DNA from: an uncultured bacterium
Lineage (GTDB): Bacteria; Acidobacteriota; HRBIN11; JAKEFK01
Direction of reading: 5' to 3'
NCBI GenBank assembly: GCA_963777505.1
Contig: CAVZQN010000004.1
Location: 704,001-768,000 of the forward strand
Length of the DNA stretch: 64,000 bases
Shown here: positions 38,684-47,632 of the stretch, piece by piece
Layout of the letters: each line of letters starts with the position of its first letter
Numbering within the stretch: the first letter of the stretch is position 1
The notes under the pieces: generated by a model
What the model was told of the DNA's origin: nothing
Database searches by the model: none
The model's input: the letters and a program-made list of their open reading frames with translations, nothing else
Translations under genes and position numbers: made by a program

Positions 38684-40189
38684 CTACTCGGAGAGAGTAA
38701 TTTCATAAACGGTAGTATATTCATCCGAAAACCGTTTTGTAAATCGCTTATCATTATCCGCTTTTTCGATAAATGATTCGTGTTTATTGTCAGTTAATAC
38801 GAATCTTGAGCTGAATTTCTCTAAAATTTCGACTGCAGGATTTTTGATTTTCCCACGAGTGATTTTTTCATAGTCACGATACAGTTTTTCATTTTTCAAC
38901 CGCATAAAGTCGGCATCAAGGCCGACAATATACCGGTTGTGTGAGTTGAAATGAAAAAGCATCGGAAAATCATCCCAATCAGTATTGAATGTAATCGATC
39001 CTGCCGGCGTATTTTTCATCAACCATTCAGAGCCTTTTTTATAAGTGTAATATTCGGGAGATTCACGGACGTCCTGGCGGACGCGAATTACTGTAATTGC
39101 AAGTATTACTGACAATAACGCTGTCGCAAAAACCAATGCAATTTTTCCATAAATGTTTTGGAGAAATTTTTCAAAGGTCATTTGTGTCACGAAACTTTTT
39201 GAAGCAAAAGCTAAGAATACAATTGCCGATGGTGGAAAGTATTCGACAAACCGGCGCGATTTCATCATTAAAAATAAGTACATACTCGCAGTTAAAAACC
39301 AGAACAATCTGGCGGGATCTGATTTCCACTCTTCACGGTTTGTAGCGATGAGTGCCGATAAATAAGCCATGATCGCAAGAGTGGCGACCTTCAGAAAAAC
39401 CCACGTAGGATAAGGGTACCATTCCGATCCAACTGACGTCTCATATTTTGCCGCGAAGATCTTGGGAACAATATGATTCCATAAGAAAAGGACATCTCGC
39501 GGGAAGTATGGATTTATAACAAGGCCAGCAACAATTCCAATGCCGCTCGCCAGAATAATTCTGTATTCGAATCGCCGTTCAGTATAAGCAAATACAAGTG
39601 TTCCAATGACGGCTAGTGCCGCAACAGTTGGGAATGCGTTGTAAGTCCAAACAAAAATCGTGCAAAGTATCGCAAGACTGTAAAACTTCCGCTTCAAGAT
39701 TAAATAGGATGCGATGAATTGAAGTCCAAGACTTAAACTCGGAGCGCGAGGCATGCTCATTCGATATAAAAAAGCATGAGATGACGCGAAGAGCACAATC
39801 AACCAGAACCATGGGAATGGCACCCTATAAGTCCGCAGAAGCCAGAAGAAAGCAGCAAACGCCAGAGCCGCACAAAAAACTGCGGAAAGTTTTGCGCCGA
39901 TTCTTAAATCCCCAAAAGTGAATGGAATCTGAATGATATGCAAAAGCAAATGATGATCGCTGTAACCTTTTTCATTCAGGATAGTAAATGGTAAATAGGG
40001 GAATGGAGTTGGAATTCCTTCCGTTCTTATAAGCTTGGCCATCTTGATGTGATAGTAGCCATCAGGATCCACCGGGTTTGGACTTGCGAACTGGATGTAT
40101 GCGAGGAGTACCGCTGAAATGAAGAACGCGGCCAATAAATTGGCAACAAGGATCGGCCGCGGAGGTTTTATTTCAGCGATTGGCATCAA
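38684..40189 (-). CDS. GT-C superfamily membrane glycosyltransferase-like protein
   Basis: First TM helix followed by the acidic loop DPDGYYH; about 11 TM helices; periplasmic tail with 'W...NTP', 'NTDWDDFP' and 'GLDA.F'. Confidence 0.7.
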   Translation of the reverse strand: MMPIAEIKPPRPILVANLLAAFFISAVLLAYIQFASPNPVDPDGYYHIKMAKLIRTEGIPTPFPYLPFTILNEKGYSDHHLLLHIIQIPFTFGDLRIGAKLSAVFCAALAFAAFFWLLRTYRVPFPWFWLIVLFASSHAFLYRMSMPRAPSLSLGLQFIASYLILKRKFYSLAILCTIFVWTYNAFPTVAALAVIGTLVFAYTERRFEYRIILASGIGIVAGLVINPYFPRDVLFLWNHIVPKIFAAKYETSVGSEWYPYPTWVFLKVATLAIMAYLSALIATNREEWKSDPARLFWFLTASMYLFLMMKSRRFVEYFPPSAIVFLAFASKSFVTQMTFEKFLQNIYGKIALVFATALLSVILAITVIRVRQDVRESPEYYTYKKGSEWLMKNTPAGSITFNTDWDDFPMLFHFNSHNRYIVGLDADFMRLKNEKLYRDYEKITRGKIKNPAVEILEKFSSRFVLTDNKHESFIEKADNDKRFTKRFSDEYTTVYEITLSE

Positions 40190-40230
40190 TGAATCTTAGG
40201 CTCAAGGAAGGAGGAATGGTAGAGAGGGAA

Positions 40231-40253
40231 GTAGGGCGACCCTTGTGGTCGCC
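40231..40253. repeat. GTAG-type REP-like palindrome
   Basis: GTAGGGCGACC-CTTGT-GGTCGCC. Confidence 0.65.
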
Positions 40254-40259
40254 ACTACT

Positions 40260-40904
40260 TTATCTGACGTCATCATCGTTTTCGTTGTCGTCGTCATCAT
40301 CATCATTCTCGTTATCATCATCATCGTTGTCATTGTCATCATCGTCATCGTTGGAATTTCCATCGTCATCGTTGGAGTTTCCATCGTCATCGTTGGAGTT
40401 TCCATCGTCATCGTTGGAGTTTCCATCGTCATCGTTGGAGTTTCCATCGTCATCGTTGGAGTTTCCATCGTCATCGTTGGAGTTTCCATCGTCATCGTTG
40501 GAGTTTCCATCATCATCGTTGGAGTTTCCATCATCATCGTTGGAGTTTCCATCGTCATCGTTGGAGTTGCCATCGTCATCGTTGGAGTTTCCATCGTCAT
40601 CGTTGGAGTTTCCATCGTCATCGTTGGAATTGCCATCGTCATCGTTGGAGTTTCCATCATCATCGTTGGAGTTGCCATCGTCATCGTTGGAGTTTCCATC
40701 GTCATCGTTCGTATTGCCGTCGTCGGTGTTTCCGTTGCCATTTACGGAAGGATCCCCTCCCGTACCTGTATTGTTATTAGCCCCGGGGGTGTCATTGGTC
40801 ACACCATTGTCGCTAACGCAGGAGACAATCAATATTGATAGAAACGAAACGACAATGAGGAGCAATTTCCATTTCCAAAATAGTCTTCGGTTTGTTACGT
40901 TCAT
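40260..40904 (-). CDS. Predicted lipoprotein consisting almost entirely of Asp/Asn-rich (GNSNDDD)n repeats
   Basis: AGAGGT RBS before ATG 40904; basic N-region, hydrophobic core and lipobox IVS-C; co-oriented with both neighbours. Confidence 0.8.
   Translation of the reverse strand: MNVTNRRLFWKWKLLLIVVSFLSILIVSCVSDNGVTNDTPGANNNTGTGGDPSVNGNGNTDDGNTNDDDGNSNDDDGNSNDDDGNSNDDDGNSNDDDGNSNDDDGNSNDDDGNSNDDDGNSNDDDGNSNDDDGNSNDDDGNSNDDDGNSNDDDGNSNDDDGNSNDDDGNSNDDDGNSNDDDGNSNDDDDDNDNDDDDNENDDDDDDNENDDDVR
40341..40718. repeat. 21-bp tandem repeat, 18 units (coding)
   Basis: Unit ATCGTCATCGTTGGAGTTTCC; variants (ttgcc/tttcc, atc/gtc, gaa/gag) are synonymous in the GNSNDDD frame, apart from one terminal GNTNDDD unit. 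Confidence 0.95.
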
Positions 40905-40914
40905 TTGTACCTCT

Positions 40915-41934
40915 TTATTGTGGTTGTGTGCGGGCAGCGAACTGAGCATCAACTGCCGGTTTTACGAAAGGAATTGAATTTTGTTCAGCTGCCGATCGAC
41001 CGGTAATTCGTTGAATGAAGTAAAGTGGTCTTGCCCGAACTTCATCAAAGATTCGGCCGACATACGATCCGATCATTCCCAGACAAACTAATTGAATGCC
41101 TCCCATAAACAAGAATGAGATCATGAGGGAACTCCATCCACGTACTGTGCTTTTCAGGATTAATGTTTGATAAAGAACAATCAGAATTCCGATAAAACTT
41201 ATTCCCGAAAAGAAAACCCCAAGCGCCATAATCGCTTGAAGTGGCACACGTGAAAACGAAAGGAGTCCATTTGAAGCGAGTCGAAGCATTTTTAGAAGTG
41301 TGTATTTCGTTTGACCCTCAAATCGTTCACTCCGTTCGTATTCAATTTCTGTATGACGGAAGCCGACCCAGCTGACCATACCTCGCAAAAATCTGCTGCG
41401 TTCAGGCATACTTTTTACGGCATCAACAACCGCACGGCTCATTAAACGGAAATCTCCTGTATCTACTGGAATGGATGTGTCAGCCAGTAAACGTAGAGTT
41501 CGATAAAACAAAAATGCGCTTGCGAGTTTGAACCTGGATTCGCCATTTCGATGTTTACGTTTGGCAGTCACTACATCAAAACCATCAAGCCATTTATCAA
41601 TCATTTCCGGAATCAAATCAGGAGGGTCTTGTAGATCCCCATCCATCAAAATCACAGCATCTCCGGAGGCATAATCTGTCCCGGCAGTAATTGCGGTTTG
41701 ATGTCCGAAATTTCTTGAAAGGTGAATGATCTTGAGAAAGGTATAGTGCCTGGTTAATTGTTCCATTATTGCAGCCGAGTTATCGGAGCTGCCATCATTT
41801 ACATAGATGACCTCCCAGCGGTACTGCGGAAGTAATGCGATCACATTTGAAATCCGCAAAGTGAGTTCAGGCAGGATTTTTTCTTCATTGAAAATAGGAA
41901 CGACGACTGAAATGCGATTTTGTGATTTTGTCAT
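40915..41934 (-). CDS. GT2 polyprenol-phosphate glycosyltransferase (GtrB/YkoT/DPM1-like)
   Basis: VVPIFNE, VNDGS.D, SRNFGHQ.A, MDGDLQDPP, DTGDFRLM, two C-terminal TM helices and RP.Y. Confidence 0.93.
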   Translation of the reverse strand: MTKSQNRISVVVPIFNEEKILPELTLRISNVIALLPQYRWEVIYVNDGSSDNSAAIMEQLTRHYTFLKIIHLSRNFGHQTAITAGTDYASGDAVILMDGDLQDPPDLIPEMIDKWLDGFDVVTAKRKHRNGESRFKLASAFLFYRTLRLLADTSIPVDTGDFRLMSRAVVDAVKSMPERSRFLRGMVSWVGFRHTEIEYERSERFEGQTKYTLLKMLRLASNGLLSFSRVPLQAIMALGVFFSGISFIGILIVLYQTLILKSTVRGWSSLMISFLFMGGIQLVCLGMIGSYVGRIFDEVRARPLYFIQRITGRSAAEQNSIPFVKPAVDAQFAARTQPQ

Positions 41935-42079
41935 GGTTGTACCTTTGGCTTTTCATATTGAATGAGGCGGTTAAAGCTCAAAAAATACATAGATTTCGGT
42001 GTGATTAAGCGAATTGAGGGCGCAGGAGGAGAAACTTCAGTATAATTAGTGTTTTATTTGCCGTTTGGAACTGCAAAGT

Positions 42080-44863
42080 ATGGACGAAAAAACTCTGAAA
42101 AAGACTCTAAATCTACCTCAAACGAACTTTCCAATGAAGGCCAACCTGGCTCAGCGCGAGCCGGAGCAGGTAAAGGTCTGGGATGAAATGGACCTGTATT
42201 CGCGTCTTCGAAAGGTCGGCAAAGGCAAGGAGCTATTTGTATTGCACGATGGTCCACCTTTTGCGAATGGCAATATCCATTTCGGTCATGTCATCAATAA
42301 GGTTTTGAAGGATCTAGTAGTTAAGTCCAGAACCATGATGGGGTTTGATTCACCTTACGTTCCTGGCTGGGATTGTCATGGATTGCCGATCGAATTGCAG
42401 GTTGAGAAAAATACGGGCGCTAAGAAGAAAAATATGGATCCTGTGGCGTTCCGGCGTGAATGTCGTAAGTATGCTGAAAAATATATCGGCATTCAGCGTG
42501 ATTCATTTAAAAGGCTGGGTGTTTTTGGAGATTGGCAGAATCCATACACAACTATGAACCCTGCATATGAAGCGACGATTGCGCGAATGTTTGGAAGTTT
42601 TTACAAAGGTGGTCATGTTTATCGCGGTTTCAAACCTGTACATTGGTGTTGGTCTTGTGAAACGGCATTAGCTGATACGGAAGTTGAATACAACAATCAT
42701 AAATCGCCATCAGTTTACGTAAAATTTCCAGTTCAAGAAGACTGGAAAGATCTTCATCCGGAATTAGCCGGAAAGAATATTTTCGTGCTGATCTGGACTA
42801 CGACTCCATGGACTCTTCCAGCAAACCTTGCAATCGCATTTCATCCGGAATTCGAATATGTCGCTTACCAGGTTCCTGATGGCGAAGTTTATATCGTTGC
42901 GGAAAAAATGTTGTCTGCGGTTGTAAAAGCGGCAAATCTCCCGGAAGGGAAGGTTCTTGCAAAAATTCCTGGAAGCCGGTTTGAAGGTCGTAAAGCTCGC
43001 CATCCATGGATTGATCGCGATTCGCTTTTGATTCTTGCTGATTATGTAACGATGGATCAAGGGACCGGTGCTGTACACACTGCGCCGGGTCATGGTGCGG
43101 ATGATTTTTACAGTGGTGTGAAGTACAGCTTGCCAATCCTGACTCCTGTTGATGAAAAAGGCAGATTTGTTCAAGATGTCGAACACTTTGCCGGTCAGTT
43201 TGTTCTGGATGCGAATCCAAAAATTGTTGAACATCTGCGAAATATTAATCGGCTTATTCATTTTGAAAATTTTGTACATAGCTATCCTCATTGTCCGCGA
43301 TGTCACAATCCAATTCTGTTTCGCGCAACAGAGCAGTGGTTTATTTCAATGGAAAAATTGCGCGATAAAGCTCTTGCAGAAATTAAGAATGTGAACTGGC
43401 TTCCCGCATGGGGTGAAGAGCGGATGGCGAATATGATTCAATCGCGGCCGGATTGGACGATTTCACGCCAGCGTACATGGGGCGTTCCTATCATTGCGTA
43501 TTATTGTGCGACTCCGGGATGCAAAAATGCAGACGTTCCTTACGAGGATCCGCGCATTTTTGATTATGTTGCTGAAATTTTCGAAAAAGAAGGCTCCGAT
43601 TCCTGGTTCATTAGAGATGCAAAAGATTTATTGCCTCCTGATGCTACGTGCTCTGCCTGCGGAAAAAATCAATTCGAAAAAGGATATGACATTCTTGATG
43701 TATGGTTTGAATCAGGATCCAGTCATGAATCTGTGCTAGGAAAAACTCACGACCTCAGATGGCCTTCAGAAGTGTATTTAGAAGGGAACGATCAATATCG
43801 CGGTTGGTTCAACAGTTCTTTGATGACTGCAATCCAGGCGCATGGCCGCGCTCCGTATCATACCGTTGTAACACATGGAATGGTTGTCGATGCTGATGGC
43901 CGAAAAATGTCGAAGAGTCTTGGAAATTATATCGACCCGCTTGAAATTTTAAAAACGTCCGGCGCTGAAATCTTGCGTGCATGGGTCGCAATGGTTGATT
44001 ATCGTGAAGAAATCAGTATCGGTAAAGAAACATTAGATCGTGTCGCAGAAGCATATCGCAAGATCAGAAATACATTTCGATATCTTCTTTCGAATCTTTA
44101 TGACTTTAATCCGAATGAGCACTCTCTTGGAAACGAGGAACTTGAACCGCTTGATCGATGGGCAGTGGATCAACTCTCGGAACTAACACGACGTGTCGTT
44201 GATGCATATGACCGGTATGAATATCACGTCGTTTATCATTCCCTGTACCGTTTTTGTGTGGTAGAGATGAGTGCCTTTTATTTAGATATTAATAAGGACA
44301 GGTTGTACGTTTCGCATCCACAAAGCAAAAAACGCAGATCGGCTCAGACAGCGATGTACAGGATTCTCGATCAGCTTGTCCGGCTTGCGGCGCCAGTCTT
44401 CTCATTTACAACAGAGGAAGTATGGCGTGAGATGCCGGCTGTTTCGAACAAAATGGAGTCGGTGCATTTGACTCAATTTCAATCTCCAGAGAATATCTTG
44501 TTGACGGATCAGGAACGATCCGAATGGGCCAGACTGGCCGAATACCGTGAAGCAGCCTTAAAATTAATGGAAGAAGCAAGACAGAGAAAAGAGATCGGTT
44601 CATCGCTGGAGGCAAAGATCATGGTTTATTATCCTTCCAGTGACGAGTCGCTCGTTCGACGTTTTGAATCATTTTTGCCGGAACTGTTTATTGCTTCTCA
44701 GGTAGAACTTCAATCATCTTCTGAATTAAGATTTGAAGTTCATAAGGCCGAAGGAATCAAGTGTATGAGATGCTGGCAAATCCGAAAGGATGTCGGGCAG
44801 GATGAGCGTTATCCGGGCGTTTGTTCTCGTTGTGCTTCAGTGCTTCAAGAATTGGCGGTGTAA
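42080..44863 (+). CDS. ileS: Isoleucine--tRNA ligase (type 1)
   Basis: LHDGPP, HIGH-like [38 protein letters not shown] and C-terminal CMRC...CSRC zinc finger. Confidence 0.97.
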   Translation: MDEKTLKKTLNLPQTNFPMKANLAQREPEQVKVWDEMDLYSRLRKVGKGKELFVLHDGPPFANGNIHFGHVINKVLKDLVVKSRTMMGFDSPYVPGWDCHGLPIELQVEKNTGAKKKNMDPVAFRRECRKYAEKYIGIQRDSFKRLGVFGDWQNPYTTMNPAYEATIARMFGSFYKGGHVYRGFKPVHWCWSCETALADTEVEYNNHKSPSVYVKFPVQEDWKDLHPELAGKNIFVLIWTTTPWTLPANLAIAFHPEFEYVAYQVPDGEVYIVAEKMLSAVVKAANLPEGKVLAKIPGSRFEGRKARHPWIDRDSLLILADYVTMDQGTGAVHTAPGHGADDFYSGVKYSLPILTPVDEKGRFVQDVEHFAGQFVLDANPKIVEHLRNINRLIHFENFVHSYPHCPRCHNPILFRATEQWFISMEKLRDKALAEIKNVNWLPAWGEERMANMIQSRPDWTISRQRTWGVPIIAYYCATPGCKNADVPYEDPRIFDYVAEIFEKEGSDSWFIRDAKDLLPPDATCSACGKNQFEKGYDILDVWFESGSSHESVLGKTHDLRWPSEVYLEGNDQYRGWFNSSLMTAIQAHGRAPYHTVVTHGMVVDADGRKMSKSLGNYIDPLEILKTSGAEILRAWVAMVDYREEISIGKETLDRVAEAYRKIRNTFRYLLSNLYDFNPNEHSLGNEELEPLDRWAVDQLSELTRRVVDAYDRYEYHVVYHSLYRFCVVEMSAFYLDINKDRLYVSHPQSKKRRSAQTAMYRILDQLVRLAAPVFSFTTEEVWREMPAVSNKMESVHLTQFQSPENILLTDQERSEWARLAEYREAALKLMEEARQRKEIGSSLEAKIMVYYPSSDESLVRRFESFLPELFIASQVELQSSSELRFEVHKAEGIKCMRCWQIRKDVGQDERYPGVCSRCASVLQELAV

Positions 44864-44869
44864 CAAAAA

Positions 44870-45409
44870 ATGAGTTCTTCATGGAAGAGTCGTTCACAAT
44901 ATTTGCTGATTTCTCTGCTGGTTTTTCTTGTTGATCAGATAACCAAGACAGTTGTTGTTCAAGGAATGAGCACTCATGAATCAATTGAATTGATTCCAAA
45001 TATTTTCAATATTACTTACGTTCATAATCGGGGCGCGGTTTTTGGTCTGGGTTCTAATTTTTCAACCCCTTATCTTTCTTGGATGCTTTCAATTCTTTCG
45101 ATTGTCTCTTTAGGCGTCATCCTCTTTTACTTTTTACGTGTTCATACTACCAACCCGCGTTTGTATACCGGCTTGGCTCTTGTATTGGGCGGAGCGCTTG
45201 GGAATCTATACGATCGATTGAAGAATGGCTACGTCGTGGATTTTCTGGACCTACACTGGTACGACCATCATTGGCCATTTTTTAATGTAGCGGATCTTTC
45301 AATTTGTATCGGCGTAGGATTGCTGTTGATTTCGATGCCTTCAGCCGCTGAAAGCAGCCAGACTTTGCCTGATCAAACAAGCCTTATAAACCCAGAACCT
45401 GAAAAGTAA
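44870..45409 (+). CDS. lspA: Lipoprotein signal peptidase
   Basis: DQITK, N.GA.FG, GALGNLYDR, VVDF and FNVAD; follows ileS. Confidence 0.96.
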   Translation: MSSSWKSRSQYLLISLLVFLVDQITKTVVVQGMSTHESIELIPNIFNITYVHNRGAVFGLGSNFSTPYLSWMLSILSIVSLGVILFYFLRVHTTNPRLYTGLALVLGGALGNLYDRLKNGYVVDFLDLHWYDHHWPFFNVADLSICIGVGLLLISMPSAAESSQTLPDQTSLINPEPEK

Positions 45410-45428
45410 TTCCTTCTGTTACCGGAAA

Positions 45429-45770
45429 CTAGCGAAGAATCTTTTCGAGTTTACTTTTTTCGTCTTCAAGGTATTGTCTGCCGGCGTCAAGTACATTCAA
45501 TATTTCGCTTCCTGCGCGGTTGGTGAATTTCCTGCCTTTTTTGATTCCATGTGTTCCTGCTTCCAGGATGTCTGCGAAGGTATGATCAAGAGTATCAGCA
45601 ATTTCACCTACGAAAACATGGGCTCGTGAGCCTGCTTTTTTCCCATATTGGGAAACAAGTTTTCGAGTTTTTCGTCCCGTGGTGGGAGCAAAAAGAAGAG
45701 CAGCAGAGGCACCAATCAGGCCCCCAAGAAATAAGAATGCAAATGACGAGCCGCTATTTCTTCTACGCAT
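45429..45770 (-). CDS. YtxH domain protein
   Basis: FL.GGLIGA.AALLFAP..G..TR motif. Confidence 0.85.
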   Translation of the reverse strand: MRRRNSGSSFAFLFLGGLIGASAALLFAPTTGRKTRKLVSQYGKKAGSRAHVFVGEIADTLDHTFADILEAGTHGIKKGRKFTNRAGSEILNVLDAGRQYLEDEKSKLEKILR

Positions 45771-45844
45771 ATCTAAAACCTCCTTATAAATTAAGAATTT
45801 CTTCTAAAGTAAGTATCCCGTCGGGTATTTTCAAGTAGCTCTTT

Positions 45845-45905
45845 TTAACGCCGAGTGCGCCGAGGCTCTTATTACAATTCTTTCTCGGCGTACTCTGCGT
45901 TAAAA
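45845..45905. repeat. Imperfect inverted repeat (TTAACGCCGAGTGCGCCGAG...CTCGGCGTACTCTGCGTTAA)
   Basis: Arms of about 20 bp around a short spacer, just downstream of the GT2 stop. Confidence 0.6.
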
Positions 45906-45907
45906 TT

Positions 45908-46600
45908 CTATTTACGTAAGCGGTAAAGCAGCTTGCCGATACGGAGTACATCGGCAAGGCTATGATGGCTCATTGCCGACGTTTCACGCGAATAAATGGT
46001 TGAAATCGGAACGCTCGCAATTTTGAATTGCTTTCTGCAGGAACAAATTAAGATTTCCGTCTCAAGTTCATATCGCAGGGTTTTAAGCTCATTGAATACA
46101 GTTCGCAAAAGATTTGTTGAATACAACCGGAAACCGCATTGCGAGTCCTCAATCCGCATTTTACAAATCCCTGAGATCAACCGATTTGATAACGAATTCA
46201 GCTGCTGCCTGTGTAATGGCATTCCTGTCAGGTCAGTCATCCGGTTTCCATAAACCAGATCAGCATGATGTTGTTCCCGCGATTCAATGAACTTTGGAAT
46301 CAATCGTGCATCATGCTGGCCATCTCCGTCCAAAGTAATAACCGAATCCAATCCAGGACGTGTATCAAGAAGGTGACGGAATCCAGTCATCAAGGCTGCG
46401 CCTTTTCCCCGGTTTTGACTATGAGCAATTAATTCAACACCAGGAATTTGAGCCTGCTTGATTGTTGAGGAGGTGTTGTCATTCGAGCCATCATCGATAA
46501 CAACCACAAGCGGTACATATTTAATTACTTCTCTCAAAACCCTTTCACAGGCAGGTCCTACGTTGTAACAGGGAATGATAACTGCATATTGTTCGTTCAT
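45908..46600 (-). CDS. GT2 family glycosyltransferase (DPM1-like, soluble)
   Basis: IIPCYN, DDGS.D, N.GKGAAL, DGDGQH, DSQCGFRLY and E.E.L. Confidence 0.92.
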   Translation of the reverse strand: MNEQYAVIIPCYNVGPACERVLREVIKYVPLVVVIDDGSNDNTSSTIKQAQIPGVELIAHSQNRGKGAALMTGFRHLLDTRPGLDSVITLDGDGQHDARLIPKFIESREQHHADLVYGNRMTDLTGMPLHRQQLNSLSNRLISGICKMRIEDSQCGFRLYSTNLLRTVFNELKTLRYELETEILICSCRKQFKIASVPISTIYSRETSAMSHHSLADVLRIGKLLYRLRK

Positions 46601-46639
46601 TTGCAGCAGTCGAATGATAAAATGGGTCCCGACAAGGGC

Positions 46640-47446
46640 ATGAAATTTCTCATCATACTGTTTTCGTTGTTGATCGTTTTTCCATATTCAGCAGAATCGT
46701 ATACCGTAATACTGAAAAATGGCAAAGTCCTAAAGGGAAAACTCCTTTCTGAAACTGAAGACGTTCTCGTTTTTAAGGATGAACAGGGCCTTCAATATTC
46801 TTTGAAGAAATCCGTAATCGATCTTCAAAAGACTAATGAGGCGAATGAGCCTCCTCCTGAGCCAGACAAAGAAGTTCCGGCTCCAGAAGAAGTCGAATCA
46901 TCTGAACCCGTTGGTTCGGAACAACAAGAGACTTCCACGCCTCAACAAGGCGGTGAATCGGAAGCCTCCGAGTCGGTGCCTGCTCCGGAAGAGACCATGG
47001 CTCCCGTTAGTTCTACAGAGGCAGAATCTTCCCCATATTTCATTTCGATAAATGAAGGCACAGCGAAATTGGAAAATGTATTTGAAGAAGTCGGATCATA
47101 TCTCGATGCAATGATGACCGCCTGGGAAGTCAATGCAAGTACCGGTCGCGATCCCGTTGCGGCATTCCGCGAATTTAAAACAAACAAAGGCCCGGCTCTA
47201 ACAGCATCTATTGATGCACTTTTCCAGGATTTGGAAATTTCCAAAACCAAACTCAATGATCCGCCCGTTCAATATAGTACTGCGTTCGAAGCTTTCAATT
47301 CAGGAATCGGAACTTTGACTGAATACTATAATGCGATTCGTCAGTATGATGGAAAGCCTGCCATCAGCGTTTTTAAAAGCAGATTAAGCCCGAAAGAACA
47401 AAGTATTCAGAAAAAGATCGAAGAACTGAAAGCAGTGAAGCCTTAG
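46640..47446 (+). CDS. Exported hypothetical protein (same N-terminal module as 3705..4460)
   Basis: Signal peptide, 'YTVILKNGKVLKG', Pro/Glu linker and helical C-terminal domain. Confidence 0.75.
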   Translation: MKFLIILFSLLIVFPYSAESYTVILKNGKVLKGKLLSETEDVLVFKDEQGLQYSLKKSVIDLQKTNEANEPPPEPDKEVPAPEEVESSEPVGSEQQETSTPQQGGESEASESVPAPEETMAPVSSTEAESSPYFISINEGTAKLENVFEEVGSYLDAMMTAWEVNASTGRDPVAAFREFKTNKGPALTASIDALFQDLEISKTKLNDPPVQYSTAFEAFNSGIGTLTEYYNAIRQYDGKPAISVFKSRLSPKEQSIQKKIEELKAVKP

Positions 47447-47447
47447 C

Positions 47448-47597
47448 AGCCCCCGGCGTAAGCCGGGGGAACAAAGGATGCAAATGATCCAGCCCGCTTT
47501 AGCGGGCGAAAGACTAAGAGTATTAAAAGCTCTTACGTCCGCCTTCGGCGGACTAGATCATCTTATGATTCTGAACCCCCGGCTTACGCCGGGGGCT
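47448..47597. repeat. Nested palindromic element (REPIN/MITE-like)
   Basis: Terminal inverted repeats AGCCCCCGGCGTAAGCCGGGGG / CCCCCGGCTTACGCCGGGGGCT enclosing inner hairpins AGCCCGCTTTAGCGGGC and GTCCGCCTTCGGCGGAC. Confidence 0.8.
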
Positions 47598-47632
47598 AAA
47601 ACAATTCCATAATTTCTGATTGACCGTGGGGA

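Noticed and set aside
40341-40718. Possible CRISPR array
   Set aside because: The units are head-to-tail 21-mers with no unique spacers and no cas genes nearby; it is a coding tandem repeat.
40341-40718. Repeat as an array of canonical N-glycosylation sequons
   Set aside because: D-G-N-S-N has Asn, not Ser/Thr, at +2, so it is not an N-X-S/T sequon. Any glycosylation would be O-linked or non-canonical.
40180-40977. Alternative ORFs over the repeat: (SSSLEFP)n, (IVIVGVS)n and (TMETPTM)n
   Set aside because: These follow from a stop-free 21-bp unit. Only the GNSNDDD frame has an RBS, a lipoprotein signal and operon orientation, and the variants are synonymous in it. They change residues in the other frames (F/L, S/A, T/M).
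42764-43306. 180-aa antisense ORF inside ileS, and the many other 60-150 aa shadow ORFs
   Set aside because: They lie wholly within well-supported genes and have no RBS or recognisable motifs.
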